Below, one piece after another: positions 49,701-63,140 of a stretch of DNA of 64,000 nucleotides. The position numbers and the translations under genes were made by a program. Source of the DNA: Podarcis erhardii. Taxonomy: Eukaryota. Every line of letters begins with the position of its first letter. Within the stretch, counting starts at the first letter, position 1. The stretch is taken from the NCBI GenBank assembly GCA_964252035.1, contig OZ176202.1. One strand, 5' to 3'. Below the pieces are notes generated by a model. It saw only the letters and a list, made by a program, of their open reading frames with translations, ran no database searches and was not told where the DNA came from.

Positions 49701-51121
49701 TAGGGTTTTTTCTCATGCATTTTGATCTTCCCTCTGTGTGGAGCACTAATCCCATAGTTTTGCACTTATTTATTTATTATATTAATTATTTCTACCTGCT
49801 AAAGTATCAATTTGCACTTGGGAATGATAAATGCCTTCATTTGCAAAAATTCACACTGTGGACTGTGAAATTTTCCCAATGGAGGGAATGCTATAAAAAC
49901 ATGTTAGTATACAGATCTATGTATCAGCATGTAGCTAATTAGAAAAGGCATATGCTTCTAGCAGTTTATAACAAATAGCAGATTTTTCTAAAGATGTACA
50001 ACAACAATTGATTATATTTATTCATGCTTTTTTATAAATATAATGATATCTGATTAAGGATGCAAATCTGATTATGGATGAGGAAGAGTGCGCATTGTTA
50101 ACTCTTTAGTGCTACTGTATCATTCTAGTATATATTAAGTTTATTTTTCCTCCTGTGCAACATCAGTCATTTTAAAATTCAGTATATAGCTGACATTGCT
50201 CATTTGCTATTGCTGCCTTATTTCTAAAGCACTAAAATCCATGTGTGCATATTCTCTAGGATTAGGTAACTGTTCTTTCAGTGTTAATCCAAGTAAGTAC
50301 AGTATGCTTTCAGGCACATTCTATATCAGTATGAATCTGGGTTATTTCCCCCCTCCCCCTTTATTTTGTCCCACTTAAACTTACTTTTGTGCAAATATAT
50401 GAAAAAATGTACCCCTGAAACTTTCCCAGTAAGAGGAACTCTGTGGTTTGATTCAGTTGTGGGAATTCTACTCGTTCATTGTGCTGTGAAATTATTTGCA
50501 TGACATAATGTCAAATGGTGTGAGCTGAGATCTTGCAGAGGCAATTGAGATGACAATGTGGGCACAAGGAGCTGGCGGGAAAAGCTTTATTAAATACCAC
50601 AGGTGTAAGGCATTCCACTCCAGTTTGAAAAATAATCTAGTTTACCCAAGTTTAAGCCTCTAATTTCCAAACCCAGTGTAGTCTTCTGGCAAGGACAAGG
50701 CCACCATACAACCCCGCTTTTCAGGCTGGCTTTCAAACTACATCCCTGGTTCATCACAGGGGGTAGAGAGGTATGAACCTTTGGGATCACTAGTGAGACT
50801 TATTAGCTATCCACAAGCCTCACAGTCAGAAAAGACAGCATTCATGCCAGTTTAAATCCAGAGGGGGAACACAAACTTCAGCATCATTGGAACTACAAAC
50901 CCAAGAACTGTGATGCACAAACTATTCTCTCCAGACAAATGCTTATCACCTGAAGGGTTCCCTTCTGTGATGAATCTATGGCAACAGCTAGTCCGAAAGC
51001 ATGCACTGGTTGTCAAGACACTGGATGGCTGTCAAGTGGCTAATGCTCATGTAGCTCCTAAGACCACTGGGTAATGACTTCCTGAAAGCCGGAGCTTCAA
51101 ACTGAATGCAGATCCACACCT

Positions 51122-51387
51122 GAGAGCCAGTGTGGAGTAGTGGTTTAGAGCGGTAGACCCATAATCTGGGGGACCGGGTTCGCGTCTCCGCTCCTCCACA
51201 TGCAGCTGCTGGGTGACCTTGGGCTAGTCACACTTCTCTGAAGTCTCTCAGCCTCACTCACCTCACAGAGTGTTTGTTGTGGGGGAGGAAGGGAAAGGAG
51301 AATGTTAGCCGCTTTGAGACTCCTTCGGGTAGTGATAAAGCAGGATATCAAATCCAAACTCTTCTCTTTTCTTCTCTTCTTCTCTTT
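51122..51387 (+). mobile_element. Squam3-type SINE (lacertid Squam3C-like), full length
   Basis: GAGAGCCAGTGTGGAGTAGTGGTT A-box, GGGTTCGCGTCTCC B-box, CORE-like GGGTGACCTTGGGCTAGTCAC, 3' GCCGCTTTGAGACTCCTTCGGG, CT-rich tail. No TSD found. Confidence 0.9.
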
Positions 51388-54300
51388 AGCTGGCCATGCT
51401 TGCAAACATATAACATACTGAAATGGTTTGTGCACATTTGAGAGATTCCCTACTTATACAGAAGTATATTTGTTTTTAACTGATTTTTTAAAAAATCTGA
51501 ATAAAGCACTAGACTCAAACACAAGAACTAGTCCCTGCTTGTTTACATCTCCTAGAATCCTCACAGATCACATTCTCCTAGCTGAGATTGGATACACCTC
51601 AGACTGCTTTATCACTGAGCTATCATTTGTTTTCATCAAACTTCCCGGCTGCTGCTTCTGTTGCAGTATGTGTCTTAAAAGAGCGTGTTCCAAAAGAGGG
51701 TGTTACCATGGCCAATCACCTCTTCTCAAATGAGAACAATGGCAAGTCACTCTGGGGGATCACCCTGCTGGTCTATATACCAGATGCATTTATACAGAGC
51801 TAAAACTGGGCAAAGATTAACAGGTCATAACAATGCAGGGGGATCAGTTATTGTACCAGCAAGGATTCAATCTTAATATCACCACTTGCAAAGCTTTATG
51901 TGGATCATCTCCATGACCATGCCTCTGCAATCAGCATAGAGATGCCAAGGAGTTCCACCACCATCCTGCCACATTATATACAACATGAGCCTTATTCATT
52001 ACGTGGTGAGGGTGGTGGAGGAGATAAGTTTTATGAGGTGGGGAAAGAAAAAGAATGGTAATAGAGGTTTTAATGCCCATTGCATGCATTCCCCCTCCCC
52101 ATTCTTATTCTCCTCTACTATAGTATATGCTATTAGAGGTCCAGCCCACTAATTTCACACACCCCACCATTTTCCTCACCCCTGCTAGAGATACACTCAA
52201 CATTATGTGGCTCAGCTTTCAACATTCCATAACAACAATAAGTCACTGAGCATATGTCCATGTTGCACTGTTTGGATGCTTTGTTGTTGGTTATTAATTG
52301 TTTTTACTTAAAAACAAATTTACTTCTGCATAGCTGAGTAATCTCACAAATGTGCAGAAACTACTACCTCATTTTTTAACTTTCCTATTTCATTTCCAAA
52401 CTGATGGTCATGGGACCACAGTATTTAAGGGAGCAATCATTGTGACTGATAGTAGGAACCAAATAGTACTATGATTGGTTGCATGTTTCTGGAGAACAAT
52501 AAACTAGAAAGGAAGAGCAGCCACCACATAGTGATCATTGTAAGAGTATATGGTTCAAGTAAATGTCCTTCATTACATTTGCATAATGTATGAGGTTTAC
52601 TGCAACAAATAGTATGATAATTGTTTTTACTGTGAAGTTTCCCAGTTGATCGGATTGACATTAATCCATTGACCTAAGGAAATGCTTTTCATTGATTTCA
52701 GAGAGTGTTAAATTGGTCCTCTAATGACAGTGTTAACTAAACCACCTTGGTTGAATTAGCAAAAGTAATTGAAAGGAATGGGAAAAGAACAAAACTGCGA
52801 AAACATTATCCACAATGACAATGAAAAATCTCACCTACAAAACAAATCCCGCTCCTACTAAGAACATTGAACATTCAGCATACTGCATGATCTGCTAGAG
52901 TATATTGGTGTGCATGTGTGTGTGTGTCAAAAATTACAAGCTTCTAATCAGAGATAAATTCTTTGTGGCTAATACATATATGTGAGATTATGTACAGAGA
53001 TCAAATTAAGTCAAACTTTGAAAAGGCCCTTGGGCTAGCAAGCTAATAGAATATAGTAACCCATTTAAACTTATTAAAGGAATTCGTCCAGAAAGTCAGT
53101 AGAACCTAATTTCTTTGTAGGAAAATGTAGCTCTGGAGTTGTTTGGTCTCGTTCCTCCCCCCCCCCCACACTGTACACACTTAACTGCTATGCTTAGCTA
53201 AATGAGGTTTGGCAATATTTACAAGTAAGCTTCTACCTCCTGGATTAATATGATGAAAGATTCTCATTTGACATTAGAAATTAATTTAACCAATTTAGAT
53301 TTCATTATTTAGCATGCTTCGTTTTGTAGCCTAAGGCAAGAAAGCAGCTCAATATTATTTGCAATATACGTTGTAGGAAATAATCTCCATCAGCGGCACA
53401 AAACTTTTAAGAATAGAGAAGTGTAATATTTTGCTGCCTGCATTTGTCTGCCTGCCTGCCTAATCTCTTCACATATTCCACTGTTTCCAGCAAATGCAGT
53501 CAACAGGATCAGGATTAGGAGTGTTGCAAGGCTGTGGCAGTGCCCTCCAAGTCTCACCTCCTCCTCATTAGCACTGGATCTTGGGCAGTTTGAAAGAGGA
53601 GTTAACTTTGCTAGCTTTGCATTAGCAAACAATATTTTTGACTGAGGTTCCAATAGGTGAGCTACTCTCACATTGGCTGTTGCACAACTCTTCACAGTGG
53701 CCCAAGTCCATGCAACATGTAAAATATCCACTATATGTGGAACGGCTAAGCGTCCATGTAAAACATTGGTGCAGAAATATAGGTGCCTCTGCTGGAAAGG
53801 AAATTCTTGGTTTATTGTGTGCTGAAAATGCCCCATCATTTTTCAGATGTGACAATTCTAGTGCCAGTAGGAGTGAAGTAAAAGTACCGTTAATTACTGT
53901 TTCAATTGTGTTGTTGCTTTTTATTTTATTGCAGCTAGTTTAGTTATTTAGAAAGGATAGGTGTATTACCTCCAGAAGACAGGTAGGGAAGGAAAGGAGG
54001 AGGAAATGGAAGAGAATGCTAAAATAAAATGTGAAAATCCTGAATAAATTATTAATAACAATAAAAAGCAAGAAACGTGCTGTTAAATATCAGAAGTGCA
54101 ACTGTTTTGGGAAAGCTTCTGAATTGCAGGAATATACGGTATTTAAAAAGTAACCAGCTTGTTTGCATCTTTTTTTCTGTTACTGTTTCCTTGCTTTCCT
54201 TTCTTGCTGCTGTGGTTCTTTGTCACTTTTGCAACTTGCATTGTATTCCTCTGCACTGGGAGCCTCCAAACTAAATGAGGCTTGAAGCTTTCAAAGGTAG

Positions 54301-54946
54301 TTTGAAACTGGGTAGTTCTATTGTCAGTGTATCCAATTCTACAAGGGCCCAGTGAAAAACACCTGCTGCCTCTCCTTCCCAAGATGCCTTTTGCTCTACC
54401 AATCTCTTATGTCACCTGGGATAGAATTAGGTTCCTCTGCAGTTCTGGCTAGCCTACAAGACAGCCTGAGAAAAACAAAATACTCTACGGGTGGTATTCA
54501 ACTGAATAAATGCACAGCAGAAAAACTTCCACTTCTGCAATGGGACATTCACACAGACAAACCCCCACATGCACTGTACACCATCTCTAAATCTGCTCTG
54601 GAGAGTTGGGGATGGTGACCCAGAACAGATTTAGTGGGCATGAGTGGGGATGGGAGGGGGGAAGTCCTGTTGCACAAATAGAATTCATTGCACAAACAGA
54701 AGTCATTCCACTCACACAAATTTCTGCTTAGTGCTGCACTGAATACAACCCTATCTCTCTTAATATTTCGCTGCTTGCATCAGTCACGTGTCTTAAGAGT
54801 GGCAAAACGTTGCCAGACTCCGTTGCAGTTTCCAAGTGTTGTTGCCAACACCATCTCAAACTTAGTTTATTAATGCAACTTTAATTATAAAGCAGTGCTT
54901 TATGTTTTATAACATCTCCACATCCCGAAGTTCTCCTTCATTTCAG

Positions 54947-55035
54947 AGCTATATCTGGAATATGAAGTGCCACTGGGAATCGCATTTCAAACTTCGAGCT
55001 CAGATTCTCAAAAGGCATTGATCTCGCTCGGGTCT
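54947..55035 (+). other. Candidate 89-nt exon of an unidentified transcript
   Basis: Acceptor TTCTCCTTCATTTCAG and donor CT|GTGAGT. One open frame (LYLEYEVPLGIAFQTSSSDSQKALISLGS). CpGs retained locally. No homolog recognised. Confidence 0.3.
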
Positions 55036-57003
55036 GTGAGTCTAGTAGAACTGTTTAAGAAACCTCTAGCCTGGTGTTTAAATATAGATTAAAGTACCTA
55101 ACTTTAGACTCTCACCTTTTATAAAATGTCACTTGAATCACAAAGGATTTTCCATGAAATGGGGAACACTGCAAGAATTGTGAATATATTATTTTGTACA
55201 AGATATTAATAATTTATGGTTTATGCAAGTTTGAAGTGGGTAATGGGGTGACTTATAGCAAGGTGCCATTCCAATTCTTAAGGAGAAACCTGACAAGCTG
55301 ACTTTTGGGATCCTATCTACTAGAAATGTAATCCACTATTTCTCACATAGAAATGGTCAGGAACAGTATGTGAGAGTGTGATTCTGTGGTCTCTGGGAGG
55401 GCATCCCATGAGTCATAGGATATTGAGGGCCACTCCCCAGGCAGAGAAGGATGTCCACCCATAGAGAGAAAGGTCTGCTGCAGAGGACCTCCATTGTCTA
55501 GTAGTGAATAGGTTCTGTTATCTATTTTTTGAGTCATTCAGCAGTTTCACACTTAAATCTTAGTGATAATGTAGACCACTTACACAAGATGACTCATGTC
55601 AGGTGGGCAATGATTGAACAACTCTATTATTTATATATATTGAATTCAATACAATTTGTTTCTCTCCCTTGAGCCCAGGAGAGGGTTTGGTCTTTTTGTT
55701 CCAAATACACAACTCTTTCGTAGCAATGCATAAACCGTTAGTCCATAGCTTGCCTGTCTTCATAAACTCTTCTGGAGTCTGCTTGAAGTCTTCACACTCC
55801 CATGTTCTCAGTCAACCAGCCAACTCCCACCCTCGTTCTTAGACACACACACATACACTTACACTTTTAAAGGCGGTTAACAAGTTAATGAGGCAATGGT
55901 TCAGTGTTTCTGTGACCTTGAGTCACCAGCTTTGCAGCTGTTACATTACATATATTTTCTTTTTCCCAGTACAATTTATTCTTTGTAAAATACATTTTCT
56001 GACAAGTACGGTAACAGGTTCTGCTACTGTGGCTGCCCCACCAGCAGTCCTCCGTAGGTGTTGGAAGCAAAAGGGGATTTTGGGAGCAGTTCAGCAGAAG
56101 ATCCAAGTCCATTCATCTCCTAGAGAAGCCCTAGAATGGGAAGGGAATATATCTATAAAGACAGAAGAAGCTATATAAAGCAATGTTCCATCACTACCTT
56201 GATATGATTGTTAGTATTTCACTTCTCCCATTGCAAGGATCATCTGATCCTATTGTTTACTTTCTGTTCCGTGAGAAAGGAAGCCCTTCTATGTGACTTC
56301 CGTCTCTGGTACTATTGTACTTTTTATTTCTACTCTGTCTTGCAATGAGATAGGATGTCTGTATGAGGGCTGCTTCTCTCATACATGTTTGTTATGTTCT
56401 TTAATCTGTAATTAGTAGAAATAAAGTAGGTATGCCCAGATACCTCATCTCCTCATCTTCGTCTGCGCTGCCTTTACCTTGTAAAGACCGGGTTCTCACA
56501 AGAGAGCAGCTGTGAGTCCCAGAACACCAGTAACCCTTCCTGGGAATGCTACATAGCTGTTCCAGTTGCCAGAGGAGGCCATGGGGCCTGCAGGAGTGTT
56601 CCATTATCGATATGAATACAGCTGACCTCAGGATGTGGCAATATCTCTGCAATAGACTCTCCCCACCCCACCCCAACACCCATAGGATTGTTCTGTTAAT
56701 TCATCAGTGTCTAATTAATCATAGATTGGCATGGATTCAAAATATAACATGAGGAATGGTCTTATTTTATATTCAAACGTATTAAAATATGGTTTGGTTA
56801 TCATGCACCCTGAACCAGTGGCGGGTGGCATGGTGGCACTCACTTTACTTCCAGGCAATTGCATTGCTGCTGCTGACCAGGAGGTAGTGATTGGGCCAAG
56901 GTCACCTAGGGAGCTTCATGGCTGAGCCTGTTATGAGTGCAGTTATTGAAATGTTTTCTAATTATTAGGTTGTGGGGGGGGACATTAAAGTAAAAGAGGT
57001 AGC

Positions 57004-57004
<1 letters not shown>

Positions 57005-57060
<56 letters not shown>
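57005..57060. repeat. (TTA)18 microsatellite
   Basis: Direct reading of the sequence. Confidence 0.97.
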
Positions 57061-58537
57061 GAAAACCACATTTCCCTTTGGCCAGTATATTGGATTTACA
57101 GGTAGGTAGACAGACAGGCCGGCCCAAGCCCTTTGGCTGGTATAAACTTAATTCAGGGTGGTACAAACATAATATTAAGTTTGGGGGCAGAGAGGAGTTC
57201 CTTCTCAAAGAACAGTTATTGACACAGCTCATGGTTTGGAAATAAGGCTAAGGCAGACCATGTCTTAGGCCTGGGTAGCATGGCAACAGCAAAATCAGTG
57301 GGGGAGTGCTGCTTCTGTGATCTTGGGTTGGCATTGCATGTGAACTGGGTCACTGTCAACCTAACCGCTTACAGCCTGGCATCCACATGACTGATGATTA
57401 TGATTCAGGCTGAGCAGTTTTTAAAACAGGGGCCCCTTTATGGTTCCACTATAATGCATTTATTAACATCTAGTTTTGTTTTGCTGTTGGGTTGTTTTTT
57501 TAACAACTTTTGTTTCCTGAAAAGATGATTATAAATGTACTGTATTTAATAATGCATTAAAAATTGAAATGCAAAGTAAGTTTTAGGTATAATTATTGTA
57601 GTTCTGCAGCAACCTCTGGAGCATATTAAAACTTAATATATGATGAACAAAGGGACAAGATTAGCATACAGATTTTGTTCACACTAATGCTGACTAGGTT
57701 TAATCAGGTGCATAATGACTGCTCAGATGGGCTATGATCAAAAACTTCCTGTTAACTTTAATGATCTCTGAATCAGCCCTTCTGAAAAGTTAAGAGTGTT
57801 AACAGTAAGACAGAATTATATTTTTTTTAAAAAAACATCCATTCTGATATATTCACTACAGAACAAAATACCTTGTGGTTAGAAAATTATCTGGAATAAT
57901 AACACTGTGATTTGTTTTGAATCTTTAATCATAATCAATCTTTGACACACATTCAGTAATTCTGGTTGTCACATATCCTATATTTTTAAAGTTCAATTTT
58001 TATAGGTTTTTGAAGATCATTTTAACAGATTCAGATTTCTCCCTTCCTCTTGAGACTGTTCGTTTCCTCTTAGAGCAAGAATGGGAATTTCCCCCCTAGC
58101 CGCATGGGAGGAGCAATTTTCATTCTGATCAGTGCTAGGGAGGTAAGAGGTAAGACTCTTCTCACACCCCATACCTATAATGTAATTAGCAGAAATTGAA
58201 GATATTGCTCCGCACTACACAGGAAGCAGAAGATGTCATTTGTCCTTGAGTGTGCCCTTTGCAAGATTCAAGATTCAGTGAGAAAGACACAGAGAGATGG
58301 CAGGCAGACAAGGAGCTTGCAGGCTGAGATGCAAACTTCTAAAGAATATGGACTTGTTAAGAGAATGACATCCTCTTAAGAGATTGAGGGATTTAAAACA
58401 CAGTTTCAGCCTGAACAGGGTATATACACCCTGTACAGGTTTATTTCTGTATTACATGGTCGGGCTGACTTCCTGTCAGTCATGCATGATTTACACTTTA
58501 AAAAAAAACCAACAGCTAGAATTCCATGGCCCATGTA

Positions 58538-58677
58538 GCTCCGATAGCTCAGTCAGTACAGCATGAAACTCTTAATCTAAGAGTTGTGGGTTCGAGATCC
58601 ATGATGCGCAAAAGATTCCTGCATTGCTGGTGATTGGACTGGATGACCCTTGTGGGTCAACTCTATGATTCTATGAT
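58538..58677 (+). mobile_element. tRNA-Lys(CTT)-derived SINE with CR1-type tail
   Basis: TAGCTCAGTCAGTACAGCATGAAACTCTTAATCTAAGAGTTGTGGGTTCGAG resembles tRNA-Lys-CTT, followed by AAAAGATTCCTGCATTGC...GGACTGGATGACCC...(TTCTATGA) tail. Confidence 0.85.
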
Positions 58678-58819
58678 AGTCTATGTGTCTCATGTTTGTC
58701 CCATACTTGGCTATTTTAACAAATTGGGTGTAACTGCCCTTTGTGGACGTAATATTAAAGGAGAGCTCACAGAGCATACTTCAGCTACCTTGCAAGCCTT
58801 CCTTCATAACCAAACTGTT

Positions 58820-58925
58820 AAGACACTTAACCTCAGGGTTGTGGGTTCAAGTCTCATGTTGGACAAAAGACTCCTGCATTGCAGGGGGTTGGACTAGATG
58901 AACCATACAGTTCTATGAATCTATG
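58820..58925 (+). mobile_element. tRNA-Lys-derived SINE, 5'-truncated
   Basis: CTTAACCTCAGGGTTGTGGGTTCAAG...CCTGCATTGCAGGGGGTTGGACTAGATGA...TTCTATGAATCTATG. Confidence 0.8.
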
Positions 58926-59065
58926 CATACAAGCAAACTTAATATTATACCGAGCCATTTGCTCCTTCATTTCCCCACTGCAGCTTCCTGCTCCACCTCA
59001 AGCTGAGAAATCTAGCCTTTTCTGCTGGATTCTTGAAATGGTAGGAATCGGTGCCACTTCCACCT

Positions 59066-59210
59066 CATGTAGAATTGTAGAGTTAGAAGGGACCACGAGG
59101 GTCATCTAGTCCAACACCCTGCAATGCAGGAATATTTTGCCCAACATGGGGCTCGAACACACAACCCTGAGACTAAGAATCTCATGCTCCAACAACTGAT
59201 CTATCCCAGC
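59066..59210 (-). mobile_element. tRNA-Lys-derived SINE
   Basis: Reverse complement of the two upstream copies: GGGACCACGAGGGTCATCTAGTCCAAC...GGGCTCGAAC...CCCTGAGACTAAGAATCTCATGCTC. Confidence 0.85.
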
Positions 59211-61429
59211 TATTGGATACCACTTAGCAGTCATGTTTGTATATGTAGCAACAGTAACATACTGTACAAACAAAGCCATCGAAAATGAGGGTGATACTTC
59301 CTTCATTAGTCACACAGATGATCTCAACCAATCAATGATTCTTTAAATGGCTTCTATATACATAGGCTCTGCACAGAAGTTCTGATTAATGTTACGAGGT
59401 GGGGCAAACAAGAGCATTTGTGCCCTTCCTCCTTCACACATTCATTTTACATGGATATGACAAGTAAATGGGCTAATTCAGTCTTGGTTCTGAAGTTTTC
59501 CCTGGAGAACAACAGTATCTGAAAATCCCTTGGATGTAAGCAGAGCCATAGAATGTGGAATTGCATTACAGAAATTCCTCCAGCAGAAGTAAGAAAATAT
59601 AACGAAAACACAGGAGAGCTGCTAATATTATGTTACAGACCAACATATCTGCAGGGGGATGATAAAACCAGCCTGGAAAAAAAAATCAAGTTTCGAAGTA
59701 TGCATTGGCAATGCTGGTATTAATATTTATACAGAATGCAAGATCAACACAATGCCTTGGGCAAAATTTTTGCTTATTTTAATAATGTTGTAAAGTGCTT
59801 CCTTCAAGCAAGGACAGGCACCAACCAAAAGAGACTAAATTACTTCCAAGTGTAATGTGTGTGAAAATACAGGAATGGAGCAGTTATAATGTGCTCTCAG
59901 TGCTACCTTTTTAGAAGTACTGTGGGAGTTATTAAAATGTGCGTGTAAAACTGCTTGATTTCACATGCTACGCTTTACTACAGTATTTAAAAAATACAGA
60001 GTGGTAGGCAACTGAGTCCATCCACCAATGGAAGAAATCCACCGGTGGGAGAGAGAAAGGGAGGCAGTTTTTGGTGATTTCCCACTCCTTCCCATATCCT
60101 CCCAAACCCTCATTCATAAATCTGCTCTGAAACATCCTCCAATCTTCCAAAGCATACTGTGATTGGGGGGGCAGCGGCGGGGGGTGGTGGAATTCTGTGT
60201 AGAGTAACTGGGAATGACCAAAAATTGCCTCACTTCCCTCTTCTGGTGAGAGGTTGATTTTGCGCCCCAAGGCCCCCAAGCCCTTCCCCAGTAAATAAAT
60301 TCAAATGGACACATAATTTTAGTTTAAATTTTGGGGTAAAATTTTGGCCACAACTTTATTGATTATAAAACAAATTGAGCGGTATTGGCCTAGGCATTGG
60401 TCAGGGAGTATAACTGACTCCTGGCTGGCAGTCTGAAAGGGTAAACACCAAACAAGGGAGCAACATCGGTGAAGATCGATTGAAACTCACTATGGTCCTG
60501 GAATGGCCCTAGCCCCTCAAGCAGACATCAGATGAGATCCAGGACCCCCAGTTTCCTTTACCAGAATACCCTAATTATGGAGGGGCAGGTGATGGCCACA
60601 CCTCCCCTCCCGCACATTTGTATAAACCAATGCCTAACCACCAAACCTTACAAAGTTGTGACGATTGCTAAGGGGGTAGGTGAAAACCAAGTGGCCCAAG
60701 CCAATCTGCCAAATGGAAAAATTCCTAACCAGCCCCTGCTCCAAAGCAGGGGACCCAATCCAAAGCAAGGCCAAAGCAGCAGCACCAAATTGGGGGGGGG
60801 GAAGTGCTGGTGTTTGGCAGCGTGAAGCAAGTGTGCCATTCATGTTGCGCTGCCACATTTATAGGACCCCAAGTTCACACCAATTGGCCCAAACAGCCAG
60901 GCATGATCCCAGGGCCCAACTGACAAGGCTTGGGCCATGCCTAGTAACAACTCACCCAATGGGGGTGGCTTAAGGGGCTCTAGAGCAACCAGGACCCTCA
61001 ATTAAGGAGGATCCCATTTGCCAGCAAACACACAGCATTAAATGCTACCCATCCTATTTTACACATTTGTAGAGGTTATATGTGACAAACAATGAATTTC
61101 CATATTCAGTTGCCTGGTAGATCATGAAGAACTTAGATCAGCTACCTGGTAATAATATATTCTGTCATGTAGACAAAGATTATTGAACCAACAGTGTTGT
61201 TCCTTTACTAGATCAGAATAATTTATATCACTGTAGGTTACAAGAATAAAATTTGCTAGGCTATGGGTGTAGTAATAGAATTAGTTGCTTAGTTCAGCTG
61301 GCTACTTTTGAATGAGAGATGTCATGACTGGCAACACAATCATTTATAATCCAGTTAATCTGTAAAATTGTAATGTCTGATTGTCAACTGAATTAGTCCC
61401 TTGTATGTGTTTTGCGGGGGGTGGGGGGT

Positions 61430-61779
61430 GTTGTTGTTGTTGTTGTTGTTTAGTCGTTTAGTCGTGTCCGACTCTTCGTGACCCCATGGACCAGAGCACG
61501 CCAGGCACTCCTATCTTCCACTGCCTCCCACAGTGTGGTCAGACTCATGTTTGAGGCTTCGAGAACACTGTCCAACCATCTCGTCCTCTGTCGTCCCCTT
61601 CTCCTTGTGCCCTCAATCTTTCCCAACATCAGGGTCTTTTCCAGGGAGTCTTCTCTTCTCATGAGGTGGCCAAAGTATTGGAGCCTCAGCTTCATGATCT
61701 GTCCTACCAGTGACCACTCAGGGCTGATTTCCTTAAGAATGGATGCGTTTGATCTGATCTTCTTGCAGTCCAGGGGGCT
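61430..61779 (-). mobile_element. Bov-B (RTE) LINE, 5'-truncated
   Basis: ORF 61450-61695: MKLRLQYFGHLMRREDSLEKTLMLGKIEGTRRRGRQRTRWLDSV...GVTKSRTRLND*. (CAA)n tail. No clear TSD. Confidence 0.95.
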
Positions 61780-62118
61780 GTTAACACTTTTAAATCTGAA
61801 GGCTTCGTGTTACACTTTGAATTTTGCAGAGGAATCCATTTAGCTGCAAACACACCATACATTAAAAGCATATGACTTGCTCCAAATTATCCTGGGAACT
61901 GTATTTTGTTAAGGTTGCTGGGAACTGTAGCCCTGTGATGGACAGAACTTACTATCTGTGGTTACCTCTCATGCAAGCAGCTTCAGGAATCAATTGCACG
62001 TTGGCAGAGTGGTGGGGTTTCAAGAAGAACAAAGACTGCATCATACCTGTCATCTTTTAAAGTGCATCTGACCCAAGTGGGTCTTGATTGGCAAGTGGTC
62101 TTTTCCAGCTAACCAATA

Positions 62119-62343
62119 CAGTGGTACCTCGGGTTAAGTACTTAATTCGTTCCGGAGGTCCATTCTTAACCTGAAGCACCACTTTAGCTAATGGGGTCTC
62201 CTGCTGCTGCTGCGCTGCCGGAGCACAATTTCTATTCTCATCCTGAAGCAAAGTTCTTAACCCAAGGTACTATTTCTGGGTTAGCAGAGTCTGTAACCTG
62301 AAGCGTATTTAACCTGAAGCGTATGTAACCCGAGGTACCACTG
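62119..62343. mobile_element. Tc1/mariner (Tigger-like) MITE
   Basis: TIRs CAGTGGTACCTCGGGTTA...TAACCCGAGGTACCACTG flanked by TA (62117-62118, 62344-62345). Confidence 0.92.
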
Positions 62344-63140
62344 TACTCATGGCACATTTGTCAGGAAGTTAGTTTGACACCTTTTGGCAGTTAAGACACC
62401 TCCTGGAGGGCTCATAAATTACTTTCCACTGGACTCCCCTTATCCCAGTGCTAGAACGGATTTAATGAGGAACTTTGTGTATTTATGAAGGGATGTGCCT
62501 TTTTCTCTGTGCATAAAGCTGGGCAAAAAAATCAGACCTGTGATTTATGCTTCATTTAGCCTGAAAAGGATGAAGAAGAATCAACTTCTTTGCTTTATAA
62601 AACTTTTCCTAGTTGGTTTCCTGGATATAATTCTTACTTGTCACAGATGACAAAATTGAGTGGCTCTTTTGGAAAAATTGCTGCCTATCATGCTGCATAT
62701 GCTCTGTGGAACATACACGGATCCTTGATTCCTAGTTTTGATCTTATATTGTTTTTAATGGGGGGCAGGAAATGAGGAGAGGAAGTTTTTATACTTTTGT
62801 ACTGCTGAAATAAAGAAAGACACAGATGGTGAGTAACTGACCTGTTGCATTCTTGACCCCCCAAATAACAAGATTCACTTGCTTGATGAAAGTGCCAAAT
62901 AGCACAAAGGGAAACATCCCTGGTTTTATATTTTATGGCTGAATCCTTGTGGTCTGTATGCCACTTTATTATGTAGCATACGTTGTGTTTGAAACTATAC
63001 AACCCTGAACAGATTCTGTGCATAGTTTGTTTTTCTAAAAAGTCATGCTGTCATCAGTAATGTTTCTGGGAGTTACTTTCCCATCCAATTTGTTTCAGTA
63101 AAGGGGTTGTGGCGCTCATCCTGTATCATATTATAACATA

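Noticed and set aside
53390-53839. Longest N-free, non-TE ORF (149 aa, minus) with a hydrophobic LLILILLTAFAGN stretch resembling GPCR TM1
   Set aside because: No further TM helices or GPCR motifs, and no recognisable homology. It overlaps equally uninformative ORFs on both strands.
58538-58610. Possible tRNA-Lys gene
   Set aside because: Stems are mismatched and it runs straight into a CR1-type tail with sister copies nearby, so it is a SINE head.
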